Of a DNA stretch of 64,000 nucleotides, positions 1-15,000 are shown piece by piece; position 1 is the stretch's first letter; every line of letters begins with the position of its first letter. Both the position numbers and the translations under genes were made by a program. The notes below the pieces were generated by a model. It was not told the DNA's origin, ran no database searches, and saw only the letters and a list, made by a program, of their open reading frames with translations. Origin of the DNA: an uncultured delta proteobacterium (GTDB lineage Bacteria > Desulfobacterota > Desulfobacteria > Desulfobacterales > SG8-13); assembly GCA_963848135.1 (NCBI GenBank), contig CAWKCK010000017.1:806001-870000 (forward strand). Reading direction: 5' to 3'.

Positions 1-1
1 C

Positions 2-3000
2 GTGGGCATTACGCCCAACCAGGCGATCTTCGCCAACGCCCGGGTGGAAATTTTCGAAGCCGACAACGATGCCAGCGGCCACGGCGAAGGACAGATTTTT
101 CTGGGTTTTCTGATGACAGACGCCAGCGGTAATTTCAGCGGCACTATCGATGTGAGCGGCAAAGGTCTCGCCGCCGGTGAAAATATCACCGGGACTGCCA
201 CCGACGGGAGCAACAATACCTCCGAATTTGGAACACACCGGGTTGTCGTCACGCCGGCAGTAACCATCGAGGATGTCACTGAGATCGAAGGCACCGGCTT
301 ACTGTTTACCGTTACACTGGACGAAGCAGTGTCGGGCGGCTTCGATGTGACCGTCGGCTTCTCCGATGTAACGGCCACCGGCGGTGCGGCGCCGCTGGCG
401 ACTCCGGAAGATTATGCCAATGATGCCGCAACCTTAAATTTTGCCGGCACGGCGGGTGAAACCAAAACATTTACAGTTGCAACACTCGATGATGCCCTCG
501 TAGAGGGAAATGAGGCTTTCACGGTCACCCTGTCGGCTTCCAACGCAGATGTGGATGACAGCGATACGGCTTTAGGTACGATCACCGAGAACGATACCGA
601 TTTGGTGGTCACGAAAACCGTGGACAATGGAACCCCGGATGAGGGTGACACGGTCACCTTCACCGTGACCATCACCAACAGCGGTTCGATCCAGGTGACC
701 AATGTCAGCATCGATGACGCCATTCCAGCAGGCTTAACGGCCGGAACCATCACCCCCAGCCAGGGCAGCTACACCGCACCCACATGGACCATCGGAACAA
801 TCGACAGTGGATCGAGTGCCACCTTAACAATTCAGGCCACGGTCGATGCCGGTACCGCCGGATCTACTATCACCAACACGGTCACCAATGTGACCCTGGA
901 TCAGGTGGATAGCGACACCACTGCCGATGATCTGAGTGAGTCGGTCACCGTCGGCAACGCAACGGATCTGGTGATTGGTAAAACGGTCGATAACGGCACC
1001 CCAGACGAAGGCGACACGGTCACCTTCACCGTCACGGTCACAAACAATGGCCCGGCCCAGGCTTCAAACGTCAGTATCGATGATGTGGTACCCGTCGGTT
1101 TGACAGCCGGCACCATCACCCCCAGCCAGGGCAGTTACGCCGCACCGACATGGACCATCGGAACCATCGACAGTGGATCGAGTGCCACGTTATCGATTCA
1201 AGCTAGCGTCGATGCCGGTACCGCCGGATCCACCATCACCAACACGGTCACGAACGTTACCTTGGACCAGACCGACAGCAACACCACCCCCGATGATCCC
1301 GATGAATCGATCACGGTCGGTAACGCCACGGATCTGGTTATTGGTAAAACCGTCGATAATGGAACCCCCGATGAAGGCGACACGGTCACCTTCACCGTCA
1401 CAGTGACTAACAACGGGCCGGCCCAGGCTTCAAACGTCAGTATCGATGATGTGGTGCCAGCGGGTTTAACGGCCGGGGCGATCACTCCCAGCCAGGGCAG
1501 CTACACCGCACCGACATGGACCATCGGCACTATCAACAGCGGATCGAACGCCACGTTAACGATTCAGGCCACGGTTGATGCCGGTACTGCCGGATCCACC
1601 ATCACCAATACGGTCACTAACGTCAGCCTGGATCAAGTGGATGACAATACCACCGCCGATGACCTCAGTGAGTCTGTCACAGTCGGTAACTCAACTGACC
1701 TGGTCGTTGCTAAGCTCGTTGATAATGGAACCCCCGATGAGGGCGACACAGTCACCTTCACCGTTACGGTCACTAACAACGGACCGGCTCAGGCCTCAAA
1801 CGTCAGCATCGATGATGTTCTGCCCGCTGGTCTGACCATCGGTTCAGTAACACCGAGCACCGGAACATGGACCGATCCCACATGGACGATAGGAACACTC
1901 AATAGTGGCGTCAGTGCAACGTTAACCATCGTAGCTGATGTTGATGCCGGAACATCGGGTCAGACCATCACTAATACGGTCACCAACGTGACCCTGGATC
2001 AAGTCGACAGTAACACTACCGCCGATGATCCCAGTGAGTCGATCACTGTCGGTAACGCCACGGAACTGGTGATTGGTAAGACGGTTGACAACTCAACCCC
2101 GAACGAAGGCGACACCGTCACCTTCACGGTCACGGTGACTAACAGCGGTCCGGCCCAAGCCACTAATGTCAGTATCGACGATGTGATTCCGACCGGCCTT
2201 ACTGCCGGTACGATCACTCCCAGCCAGGGCAGCTACACCGCACCCACGTGGACGGTTGGAACCCTCGCAAACGGTTCAAGTGCCACATTAACGATTCAAG
2301 CCAGCGTCAACGCTGGAACCGCTGGATCGACCATCACTAACACGGTCACAAACGTGACCCTGGATCAGGTCGACAGCAACACCACTGCCGATGATCCCAG
2401 TGAGTCGATCACCGTCGGCAACAGCACCGATCTGGTGATTGGTAAGACGGTCGACAATGGAACACCCGATGAAGGCGACACGGTTACCTTTACCGTCACG
2501 GTTGCAAACAGCGGGCCGGCGCAGGCCTCAAATGTCAGTATCGATGATGTGATTCCGGCGGGTCTCGCAATTGGGTCAGTGACACCGAGTATCGGATCCT
2601 ACACTGCACCGACTTGGACTGTCGGTACCCTGGCTGATGGAGCCAATGCAACACTGACCATAACGGCTGGCGTCGATGCCGGCACCTCAGGCAGCACGAT
2701 CACTAACACGGTCACAAACGTCACCTTGGATCAGGTCGACAGTAATACCACCGCTGATGATCCCAGTGAGTCGATCACTGTCGGTAACGCAACGGATCTG
2801 GTGATTGGTAAAACGGTCGATAACGCCACCCCCGATGAAGGCGATACCGTCACCTTCACTGTAACGGTCACAAACAGCGGTCCGGCTCAGGCCACTAACC
2901 TCAGCGTCGATGACGCGCTGCCCGCCGGTTTAACGATTGGTTCAGTGACACCAAGCACCGGAACATGGACCGCTCCCACATGGACCATCGGCACCATCAA

Positions 3001-6000
3001 TAGTGGCGCCAGTGCAACGTTAACCATCGTAGCTGATGTCGATGCCGGTACCGCAGGCCAAACCATCACAAACACGGTGACTAACGTTAACTTAGACCAG
3101 ACCGACAGCAACACCACCCTCGATGACCCAAGTGAGTCTGTCACGGTCGACAACAGCACCGATTTGGTAATCACAAAGATTGTCGATAATGGAACACCCG
3201 ATGAAGGCGACACGGTTACCTTCACCGTCACGGTGACTAACAGCGGTCCAGCCCAGGCCACCAACGTCAGCATCGACGACACTCTGCCCGCCGGTTTGAC
3301 GATTGGTTCAGCGACACCGAGTATCGGATCCTACACTGCACCGACTTGGACCATAGGCACCCTGGCTGATGGAGCCAATGCAACACTGACCATAACGGCT
3401 GGCGCCGATGCCGGCACCGCCGGTTCCACCATCACCAACACGGTGACGAACGTTACTTTAGATCAGGTCGACAGTAACACCACTGCCGATGATCCCAGTG
3501 AGTCTGTCACCGTCGGTAACAGTACCGATCTTGCCATCACAAAAATAGTTGATAATGGGACTCCGAATGAGGGTGACACGGTCACCTTCACCGTCACCGT
3601 TACAAACAACGGACCGGCCCAGGCAACAAACATCAGCATCGATGATGTGCTGCCAGCCGGTTTGACGATTGGTTCAGTAACACCGAGTATCGGATCCTAC
3701 ACTGCACCGACTTGGACCATAGGCACACTCAATAATGGCGCCAGTGCCACACTGACCATCACTGCTGACGTTGATGCCGGAACATCGGGTCAGACCATTA
3801 CCAACACGGTCACCAATGTGACCCTGGATCAGGTGGATGACAACACTACCCTTGATGATCTCAGTGAGTCGGTAACCGTCGGTAACAGTACTGATCTTGT
3901 CATCACGAAGATCGTTGATAATGGAATACCCGATGAGGGCGACACGGTCACCTTCACTGTTACGGTCACAAACAACGGTCCGGCTCAGGCAACAGATGTC
4001 AGCATCGATGATGTGGTGCCAGCGGGTTTAACGGCCGGTACGATCACCCCCAGCCAGGGCAGCTACACCGCACCCACATGGACGGTCGGAACCATCGATA
4101 ACGGTTCAAGTGCCACGTTAACGATTCAAGCGACAGTCAATACTGGTGAAGCTGGACAGACTATAACTAACACGGTGACTAACGTTACCTTAGACCAAAT
4201 CGACAGCAACACCACCGCCGATGACCCCAGTGAGTCGATCACGGTGGGTAACAGTACCGATCTGGTGATTGGTAAGACGGTCGACAATGGAACCCCGGAT
4301 GAGGGCGACACCGTTACATTCACCGTCACGGTGACTAACAGCGGACCGGCCCAGGCAACAAACCTCAGCATCGATGACGCCCTGCCCGCTGGTTTGACGG
4401 CCGGAACCATTACCCCCAGCCAGGGCAGCTACACCGCACCGACATGGACTGTCGGAACCATCGACAGTGGGTCGAGTGCCACCTTATCGATTCAGAGCTA
4501 GCGTCGATGCTGGTACCGCTGGATCGACCATTACAAATACGGTCACCAACGTGACCTTGGATCAGGTGGATGACAACACTACTGCTGATGATCTCAGCGA
4601 GTCGGTCACCGTCGGCAACAGTACTGATCTTGCCATTACAAAGATCGTTGATAACGGAACACCCGATGAGGGCGACACGGTCACCTTCACCGTCACGGTG
4701 ACTAACAGCGGTCCGGCCCAGGCTTCAAACGTAAGTATCGATGATGCCCTGCCCGCGGGCTTGACGGCCGGAACGATTACCCCCAGCCAGGGTAGCTACA
4801 CGGCTCCCACATGGACCATCGGAACCATCGACAGCGGTTCAAACGCCACCCTAACCATCCAGGTCACGGTCGATGCCGGTACTGCCGGATCCACCATCAC
4901 CAACACGGTCACCAACGTGACCTTAGATCAGGTGGATGACGACACTACCCTTGATGATTTGAGTGAGTCTGTCACTGTCGGCAACAGTACCGATCTTGCC
5001 ATTACAAAGATCGTTGATAACGGAACACCCGATGAAGGCGACACGGTCACCTTCACCGTCACGGTCACTAATAACGGTCCCGCTCAAGCTTCAAACGTCA
5101 GTATCGATGACACCCTGCCCGCCGGCCTTACTGCTGGAACCATCACTCCCAGCCAAGGTAGCTACACGGCACCCACATGGACCATCGGAACCATCGACAG
5201 TGGTGCAAACGCTACCTTAACAATTCAGGCCACGGTCGATGCCGGTACTGCCGGATCCACAATCACCAACACGGTCACCAATGTGACCTTGGATCAGGTG
5301 GATGACGACACTACCCCTGATGATTTGAGTGAGTCTGTCACCGTCGGTAACGCTACGGATCTTGCCATCACAAAGATCGTTGATAATGGAACACCCGATG
5401 AAGGCGACACGGTCACCTTCACCGTCACGGTCACAAATAACGGTCCCGCTCAAGCTTCAAACGTCAGTATCGATGATGCGGTGCCCGCGGGCCTGACCAT
5501 TGGTTCAATAACACCGAGTATAGGAACATGGACCGATCCGACATGGACGATAGGCACCCTCAATAGTGGCGCCAGTGCAACGTTAACCATCGTAGCTGAT
5601 GTTGATGCCGGCACCTCAGGCAGCACCATCACCAACACGGTCACCAACGTGACCCTGGATCAGACAGACAGTAACACTACCGCCGATGATCCCAGCGAAT
5701 CGATCACCGTCGGTAACGCGACGGATCTGGTTATTGGTAAAACGGTCGACAACTCAACACCTGATGAAGGCGACACCGTCACCTTCACCGTCACGGTGGC
5801 TAACAGCGGACCAGCTCAGGCCAATAACGTCAGCATAGACGATGTGCTGCCGGCCGGTCTCACAATCGGTTCAGCGACACCGAGTATCGGATCCTACACT
5901 GCACCGACTTGGACCATAGGCACCCTCAATAATGGCGCCAGTGCCACTCTGACCATCGTAGCTGATGTTGATGCCGGCACCGCCGGTTCCACCATCACTA

Positions 6001-9000
6001 ACACGGTCACGAACGTTACCTTGGACCAGACCGACAGCAACACCACCCCCGATGATCCCGATGAATCGATCACGGTCGGTAACGCCACGGATCTGGTTAT
6101 TGGTAAAACCGTCGATAATGGAACCCCCGATGAGGGTGACACGGTCACCTTCACCGTCACCGTTACAAACAGCGGGCCGGCCCAGGCCACTAACGTCAGC
6201 ATCGATGATGTGCTGCCGGCCGGTCTCACAATCGGTTCAGCGACACCGAGCACCGGAACATGGACCGATCCGACTTGGACAGTGGGCACCCTCAATAGTG
6301 GCGCCAGTGCAACGTTAACCATCGTCGCTGATGTCGATGCCGGCACCTCTGGTAGCACCATCACTAACACGGTCACGAACGTTACCTTGGATCAAACCGA
6401 CAGTAACACCACCGCCGATGATCCCAGTGAATCGATCACGGTCGGTAACGCCACGGATCTGGTTATTGGTAAAACGGTCGACAATCCAACACCCGATGAA
6501 GGCGACACGGTCACCTTTACTGTTGCGGTCACAAATAACGGGCCAGCTCAGGCCACTAACGTTAGTATCGATGATGTGATTCCGGCAGGTTTGACGGCCG
6601 GTACGACCACTCCCAGCCAGGGCAGTTACACCGCACCCACATGGACCATCGGAACCATCGACAGTGGCGCAAACGCTACATTAACAATTCAGGTCACGAT
6701 CGATGCCGGTACCGCCGGTTCCACTATTACCAACACGGTGACCAGCGTTACTTTAGATCAGGTGGATGACAACACCACCGCCGATGATCCCAGCGAATCG
6801 ATCACGGTGGGTAACAGCACCGATCTGGTGATTGGTAAAACGGTCGACAATGGAACCCCCGACGAAGGCGACACGGTTACCTTCACCGTCACCGTTACAA
6901 ACAGCGGGCCGGCGCAGGCAACAAACCTCAGCATCGATGACGCCCTGCCCGCGGGCCTGACCATCGGTTCAGTGACTCCGAGCACCGGAACATGGGCCGA
7001 TCCCACTTGGTCCATCGGCACCCTGGCTGACGGCGCCAGTGCCACTCTTACCATCCTGGCCTCCGTGGACGCAGGCACCGCTGGATCGACCATTACTAAC
7101 ACGGTCACTAACGTCACCCTGGATCAAACCGACAGCAACACCACCCTCGATGATCCCAGTGAATCGATCACGGTGGGTAACGCCACGGATCTGGTTATTG
7201 GTAAAACCGTCGATAATGGAACCCCGAATGAAGGCGACACCGTTACCTTTACCGTCACGGTCACAAACAGCGGACCAGCTCAGGCAACAAACCTAAGCAT
7301 CGATGACGCCCTGCCGGCTGGTCTCACAATCGGTTCGGTAACACCGAGCACCGGCTCCTACACTGCACCAACATGGACAATAGGCACTCTCAATAATGGC
7401 GTCAGTGCAACGTTAACCATCGTAGCTGATGTTGATGCCGGCACCGCCGGTTCCACCATCACTAACACGGTCACGAACGTCACCCTGGACCAAACTGACA
7501 GCAACGCTACCGCTGATGATCCCAGTGAGTCGGTCACCGTCGGTAACAGTACCGATCTGGTTATTGGTAAAACGGTTGATAACGGAACCCCAGATGAGGG
7601 TGACACCGTTACATTCACCGTCACGGTTACAAACAATGGTCCGGCTCAGGCTTCAAACGTCAGTATCGATGATGTGGTACCGGCGGGTTTAACGGCCGGA
7701 ACAATTACCCCCAGCCAGGGCAGTTACACCGCACCCACGTGGACGGTTGGAACCCTCGCTAACGGTTCAAGTGCTACATTAACGATTCAAGCGACAGTCA
7801 ATACTGGTGAAGCTGGCCAGACTATAACTAACACGGTGACTAACGTTACCTTAGACCAAACCGACAACAACACCACCGCCGATGATCCTAGCGAATCGAT
7901 CACCGTCGGTAACGCGACGGATCTGGTTATTGGTAAAACGGTCGACAATGGAACCCCCGACGAAGGCGACACGGTTACCTTCACCGTCACGGTGACTAAC
8001 AGCGGACCAGCCCAGGCCACGAACGTCAGCATCGACGACGCTCTGCCCGCCGGTTTGACGGCCGGTACGATCACCCCCAGCCAGGGTAGTTGGACCGCAC
8101 CGACATGGACCACCGGAACCATTGACAGTGGCGCAAACGCTACCTTAACCATCCAAGCCACGGTCGATGCCGGCACCGCCGGATCCACCATCACAAACAC
8201 GATCACCAATGTCACCCTGGACCAGGTGGATGACAACACAACCGCCGATGATCTCAGTGAGCCGGTTACCGTCGGTAACAGCACCGATTTAGTAATCACA
8301 AAGATCGTTGATAATGGAACACCTGACGAAGGCGACACGGTTACCTTCACCGTCACGGTGACTAACAGCGGACCAGCCCAGGCCACGAACGTCAGTATCG
8401 AAGATGTCCTGCCGGCCGGTTTGACGATTGGTTCAGTGACACCGAGCACCGGAACATGGACTGCACCCACGTGGACCATCGGAACCCTGGCTGACGAAGC
8501 CAGTGCAACACTGACCATAACGGCTGACGTCGATGCCGGCACCGCCGGTTCCACCATCACCAACACGGTGACGAACGTTACTTTAGACCAGGTCGACAGT
8601 AACACCACTGCCGATGATCCCAGTGAGTCTGTCACCGTCGGTAACAGTACCGATCTTGCCATCACAAAGATAGTTGAAAATGGGACTCCGAATGAGGGTG
8701 ACACGGTCACCTTCACCGTCACCGTTACAAACAACGGACCGGCCCAGGCAACAAACATCAGCATCGATGATGTGCTGCCAGCCGGTTTGACGATTGGTTC
8801 AGTAACACCGAGTATCGGATCCTACACTGCACCGACTTGGACCATAGGCACACTCAATAATGGCGCCAGTGCCACACTGACCATCACTGCTGACGTTGAT
8901 GCCGGAACATCGGGTCAGACCATTACCAACACGGTTAATAACGTTACCTTAGATCAGACCGACAGTAACACCACCGCTGATGATCCCAGTGAATCGATCA

Positions 9001-12000
9001 CGGTGGGTAACGCGACGGATCTGGTTATTGGTAAAACGGTCGATAATGGAACACCCGATGAAGGCGACACCGTCACCTTCACTGTCACGGTGACTAACAA
9101 CGGTCCGGCTCAGGCCACTACTCTCAGCCTGGACGATGCGCTTCCCGCTGGTTTGACTGCCGGAACGATCACTCCCAACCAGGGCAGCTACACCGCACCC
9201 ACGTGGACGGTTGGAACCCTCGCTAACGGTTCAAGTGCTACGTTAACGATTCAAGCGACAGTCAATACTGGTGAAGCTGGCCAGACTATAACTAACACGG
9301 TGACTAACGTTACCTTAGACCAAACCGACAGCAACGCTACCGCCGATGATCCCAGTGAGTCGATCACGGTGGGCAACAACACCGATCTGGTGATTGGTAA
9401 GACGGTCGATAACGGAACACCCGATGAAGGCGACACGGTCACCTTCACCGTCACGGTGACTAACAACGGTCCGGCTCAGGCCACTACTCTCAGCCTGGAC
9501 GATGCGCTTCCCGCTGGTTTGACGGCCGGTACGATCACTCCCAGCCAGGGCAGTTACGCCTCACCCACATGGACCATCGGCACCATCGACAGTGGCGCAA
9601 ACGCTACATTAACCATTCAGGCCACGGTCGATGCCGGTACCGCCGGATCGACCATCACCAACACGGTCACCAGCGTGACCCTGGATCAGGTGGATAGCGA
9701 CACCACCGCTGATGATCTGAGTGAGTCTGTCACCGTCGGTAACAGTACCGATCTGGTGATTGGTAAGACGGTCGACAACGCTACCCCTGATGAGGGCGAC
9801 ACGGTTACGTTCACCGTTACGGTCACTAACAGCGGTCCGGCCCAGGCCACTAACGTCAGTATCGATGATGTGGTGCCAGCGGGTTTGACTGCCGGAACAA
9901 TCACTCCCAACCAGGGCAGCTACACCGCACCCACATGGGCCATCGGCACAATCGACAGTGGCAGCAGTGTCACTTTGACCATCCAGGCCACGGTCGATGC
10001 AGGTACCGCCGGATCGACCATCACCAACACGGTCACAAACGTTACCTTAGACCAGGTGGATAGCGACACCACCGCCGATGACCCCAGTGAGTCGATCACG
10101 GTGGGCAACAGCACCGATCTGGTGATTGGTAAAACGGTTGATAACGGAACCCCAGATGAGGGTGACACCGTTACATTCACCGTCACGGTCACAAACAGCG
10201 GACCGGCCCAGGCTTCAAACGTCAGTATCGATGATGTCCTGCCGGCCGGTTTGACGATTGGTTCAGTGACACCGAGCACCGGAACATGGACTGCACCCAC
10301 GTGGACCATCGGAACCCTGGCTGACGAAACCAGTGCCACTCTGACCATCCAGGCCTCCGTGGACGCAGGCACCGCTGGATCCACCATCACCAACACGGTT
10401 ACTAATATCAGTCTGGATCAGACCGACAACAACAACACCGCTGATGACCCCAGTGAGTCGATCACTGTCGGTAACGCGACGGATCTGGTGATTGGTAAAA
10501 CCGTTGACAACGCCACCCCCGATGAAGGCGATACCGTCACTTTCACCGTCACGGTCACAAACAGCGGTCCGGCCCAGGCCACCAATGTCAGTATCGATGA
10601 CGCCCTGCCCGCCGGCTTGACCGTTGGTTCGGTAACACCGAGTATCGGATCCTACACCGCACCGACTTGGACAATTGGCACCATCGACAGTGGGTCGAGT
10701 GCCACCTTATCGATTCAAGCTAGCGTCGATGCCGGTACCGCCGGATCCACCATCACCAACACGGTCACCAATGTGACCTTAGATCAGGTGGATGACGACA
10801 CGACCGCCGATGATCCCAGTGAGTCTGTCACCGTCGGTAACAGTACCGATCTTGCCATAACAAAAATAGTTGATAATGGGACTCCGAATGAGGGTGACAC
10901 GGTCACCTTCACCGTCACCGTTACAAACAACGGACCGGCCCAGGCCACTAACGTCAGCGTCGATGATGTCCTGCCGGCCGACCTCACCATCGGTTCAGTG
11001 ACTCCGAGTATCGGATCCTATACTGCACCGACTTGGACCATAGGCAACCTCAATAATGGCGTCAGTGCCACTCTGACCATCGTAGCTGATGTTGATGCCG
11101 GAACCTCAGGCAGCACCATCATCAACACGGTCACCAATGTGACCCTGGATCAGGTGGATGACAACACCACTACCGATGATCTCAGTGAGTCGGTAACCGT
11201 CGGTAACGCCACGGATCTAGTTATTGGTAAAACGGTCGATAACGGAACCCCGGACGAAGGCGATACAATTACCTTCGCCGTCACGGTGACTAACAACGGG
11301 CCGGCTCAGGCTTCAAACGTCAGTATCGAAGATGTCCTGCCGGCCGGTTTGACGATTGGTTCAGTGACACCGAGCACCGGAACATGGACTGCACCCACGT
11401 GGACCATCGGAACCCTGGCTGACGAAGCCAGTGCAACACTGACCATAACGGCTGACGTCGATGCCGGCACCGCCGGTTCCACCATCACCAACACGGTGAC
11501 GAACGTTACTTTAGACCAGGTCGACAGTAACACCACTGCCGATGATCCCAGTGAGTCTGTCACCGTCGGTAACAGTACCGATCTTGCCATCACAAAGATA
11601 GTTGATAATGGGACTCCGAATGAGGGTGACACGGTCACCTTCACCGTCACCGTTACAAACAACGGACCGGCCCAGGCAACAAACATCAGCATCGATGATG
11701 TGCTGCCGGCTGGTCTCACAATCGGTTCAGTAACACCGAGCACTGGAACATGGGCCGCTCCCACATGGACGATAGGAGCACTCAATAGTGGCGTCAGTGC
11801 AACGTTAACCATCGTAGCTGATGTTGATGCCGGAACTTCAGGCAGCACGATCACAAACACGGTCACGAACGTCACCTTGGATCAGGTCGACAGTAATACC
11901 ACCGCCGATGATCCCAGTGAGTCGATCACGGTTGGGAACGCCACGGATCTGGTTGTCACCAAGATCGTCGATAACTCAACTCCGAACGAAGGCGACACCG

Positions 12001-15000
12001 TCACCTTCACGGTCACGGTGACTAACAGCGGTCCGGCCCAGGCCACTAATGTCAGCATCGATGACGTGCTGCCAGCCGGTCTCACAATTGGTTCAGCGAC
12101 ACCGAGTATCGGATCCTACACTGCACCGACTTGGACTGTAGGCACCCTCAATAATGGCGCCAGTGCCACACTGACCATCACTGCTGACGTTGATGCCGGA
12201 ACATCGGGTCAGACCATTACCAACACGGTTAATAACATTACCTTAGATCAGACCGACAGTAACACCACCGCTGATGATCCCAGTGAATCGATCACGGTGG
12301 GTAACGCAACGGATCTGGTCATTGCCAAGATCGTCGACAACGGAACCCCCGACGAAGGCGAAACCGTCACCTTCACTGTCACGGTGACTAACAACGGGCC
12401 GGCCCAGGCCACTAATGTCAGCATCGATGACGTGATTCCAGTAGGCCTCACAATTGGTTCCGTGACACCGAGTATCGGATCCTACACTGCACCGACTTGG
12501 ACTGTAGGCACCCTCAATAGTGGCGCCAGTGCCACTCTGACCATCGTAGCTGATGTCGATGCCGGTACCGCAGGCCAAACCATAACTAACACGGTCACGA
12601 ACGTCACCTTGGATCAGGTCGACAGTAATACCACCGCTGATGATCCCAGTGAGTCGATCACTGTTGGCAACGCCACGGATCTGGTTGTCACCAAGATCGT
12701 CGATAACTCAACTCTGAACGAAGGCGACACCGTCACCTTCACCGTTACGGTGACTAACAGCGGTCCGGCCCAGGCTACTAATGTCAGCATAGACGATGTG
12801 ATTCCGGCCGGTTTAACGATTGGTTCAGTGACACCGAGCACCGGAACATGGACCGATCCGACATGGACAATAGGAACACTCAATAGTGGCGCCAGTGCAA
12901 CGTTAACCATCGTAGCTGATGTTGATGCCGGTACCTCAGGCAGCACCATCACCAACACGGTCACGAACGTTACTTTGGATCAGACCGATAGCAACACCAC
13001 CGCCGATGATCCCAGTGAGTCGATCACTGTCAATACAATATTTGTCGAATTTAATACGCCTGCTGCTTCAGATTTAGAAGCAACAGGCGGCAACATTCCA
13101 CAATTGCTCATCAACGGCAGTTTGACGTCGGCACGCACTGTCGACGTAACAGTCACCGGAGGCACGGCAACCAATGGTGTCGATTTCAACTTGACGACCA
13201 CTGTGACTATTCCCTCAGGTATCTATGATGGAACAAATGCGACAGCTGTAAATGTTCCATTGACAATCACTGATGATTCAATAGTTGAACTCGATGAAAC
13301 GATCAGCATTGAATTAGCGAATCCGTCGACCGGTATAAGTATTGGTGATGCAAACAGTGACGCAAGCACACAAAGCAATCACACCTACACTATTTCTGAT
13401 GACGACAGCGCCGCCATCACTATCAACGACGTGACCGCCGCCGAAGGCAATGGCCTGCAGTTTACGGTGACCCTGGACAATGCGACGTCCGGGGCGTTTA
13501 CCGTTACCACAAGCTACAGCGATGTCACCACCGACGGGGTCGACTACGATCACACGGCCCAAATTCTTAATTTTACCGGCAATATCGGCGAGACCCAGAC
13601 CTTCACGGTCGCCACCACAGACGATGCCATCTTGGAAGGCAACGAGACCTTCACGGTCTCTTTGACCGCCTCGTCACCGCTGGTCACCGCCACCGATACC
13701 GCCACCGGCACCATCACCGACAACGATGCGGCCACCCTGAGCATCGATGATGTCGTGCAAGTCGAAGGTAATGCAGGAAACTCTACCTTCGTGTTCACGG
13801 TCAGCATTGACGGCGGTGTGACCAGTACCAGCGATATTACCTTCCAGTACGATACGGCCGATGGCTCAGCCGTTGCGGGCGTCGACTACGCGGCCGTTGT
13901 GGCCGGTGCCGGGACGATCACCGCTGGCAACGGTTCCACACCTGTTACCGTCGTTGTTTCCGGTGATACGCTGGTTGAGCCGGCGGAGACTTTTTTGGTG
14001 AACCTGTCCAACGTGGTCGGGGCGTCTCTCAACGATGACCAGGGACTGGGCACCATCACCAATGACGACAGCGCTACCATTACCATCAACGACGTAACCG
14101 CCGCCGAAGGTAACAGTGGTACCACCGACTTCATCTTTACTGTCACACTGGACGCCGCCGATCCAGACGATGACATTCTCATCGATGTCACCACCGCCGA
14201 CGGCACGGCCGCCGCGGGCAGTGACTACGCGGCCACCAACGCCACCCTGACCTTTGCCGCCGGCACCGCCACCTTGACCCAGCAGATCACCGTCCCGGTC
14301 ACCGGCGATGTCGCCGTCGAGGCCGATGAGACCCTTACTGTCGATTTGAGCTTGAACACGGCCAATATCGGCAGTGCAGTGATTTCAGATGGCCAGGGCC
14401 TGGGCACCATCACCAATGACGACAGTGCCGGTGTCACCGTCGAGGATGTGACTGCGATCGAAGGCACGGGCCTGCTCTTCACGGTGACCCTGGACAATGC
14501 CGTGTCGGGCGGCTTCGATGTAAGCATGATCTTCACCGATGGAACGACCACCGGCGGTGCCGCGCCGCTGGCCGCTCCGGAAGATTATGCCAATGATATC
14601 TTAATATTAAATTTTGCCGGCACGGCAGGCGAAACCCAGACCGTCACCGTGGCCACGCTCGATGATGCACTCGTAGAGGGCGATGAGGCCTTCACCGTCT
14701 CTTTGGCCGCCTCAAATCCGCTGGTAACGGCCACCGATACAGCCACCGGCACGATCATTGACAACGATACGGCCACTCTGAGCATCAACGATGTCACACA
14801 AGCCGAAGGCGATAGCGGGACGACCGCCTATACGTTCACGGTCAGTATTGACGGCGGTGTGACCAATACCAGCGATATTACCTTCCAGTGCGATACGACC
14901 GACGGCACGGCAACCGCAGGCTCGGATTACACAGCAGTGGTGGCCATTGCAGGGACCATTACCGCCGGCAACGCTTCCACACCCGTTACCGTCGTTATCA

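Noticed and set aside
4467..4501. GTG at 4467 as the true start of a second gene, or a programmed frameshift
   Set aside because: No RBS, signal peptide or slippery sequence. The junction is explained by one extra base relative to sister repeats.
596..13031. Repeat array as a CRISPR array or DGR target
   Set aside because: Units are 366-bp in-frame coding repeats without unique spacers. There is no cas or reverse transcriptase gene, and I saw no adenine-specific variation.
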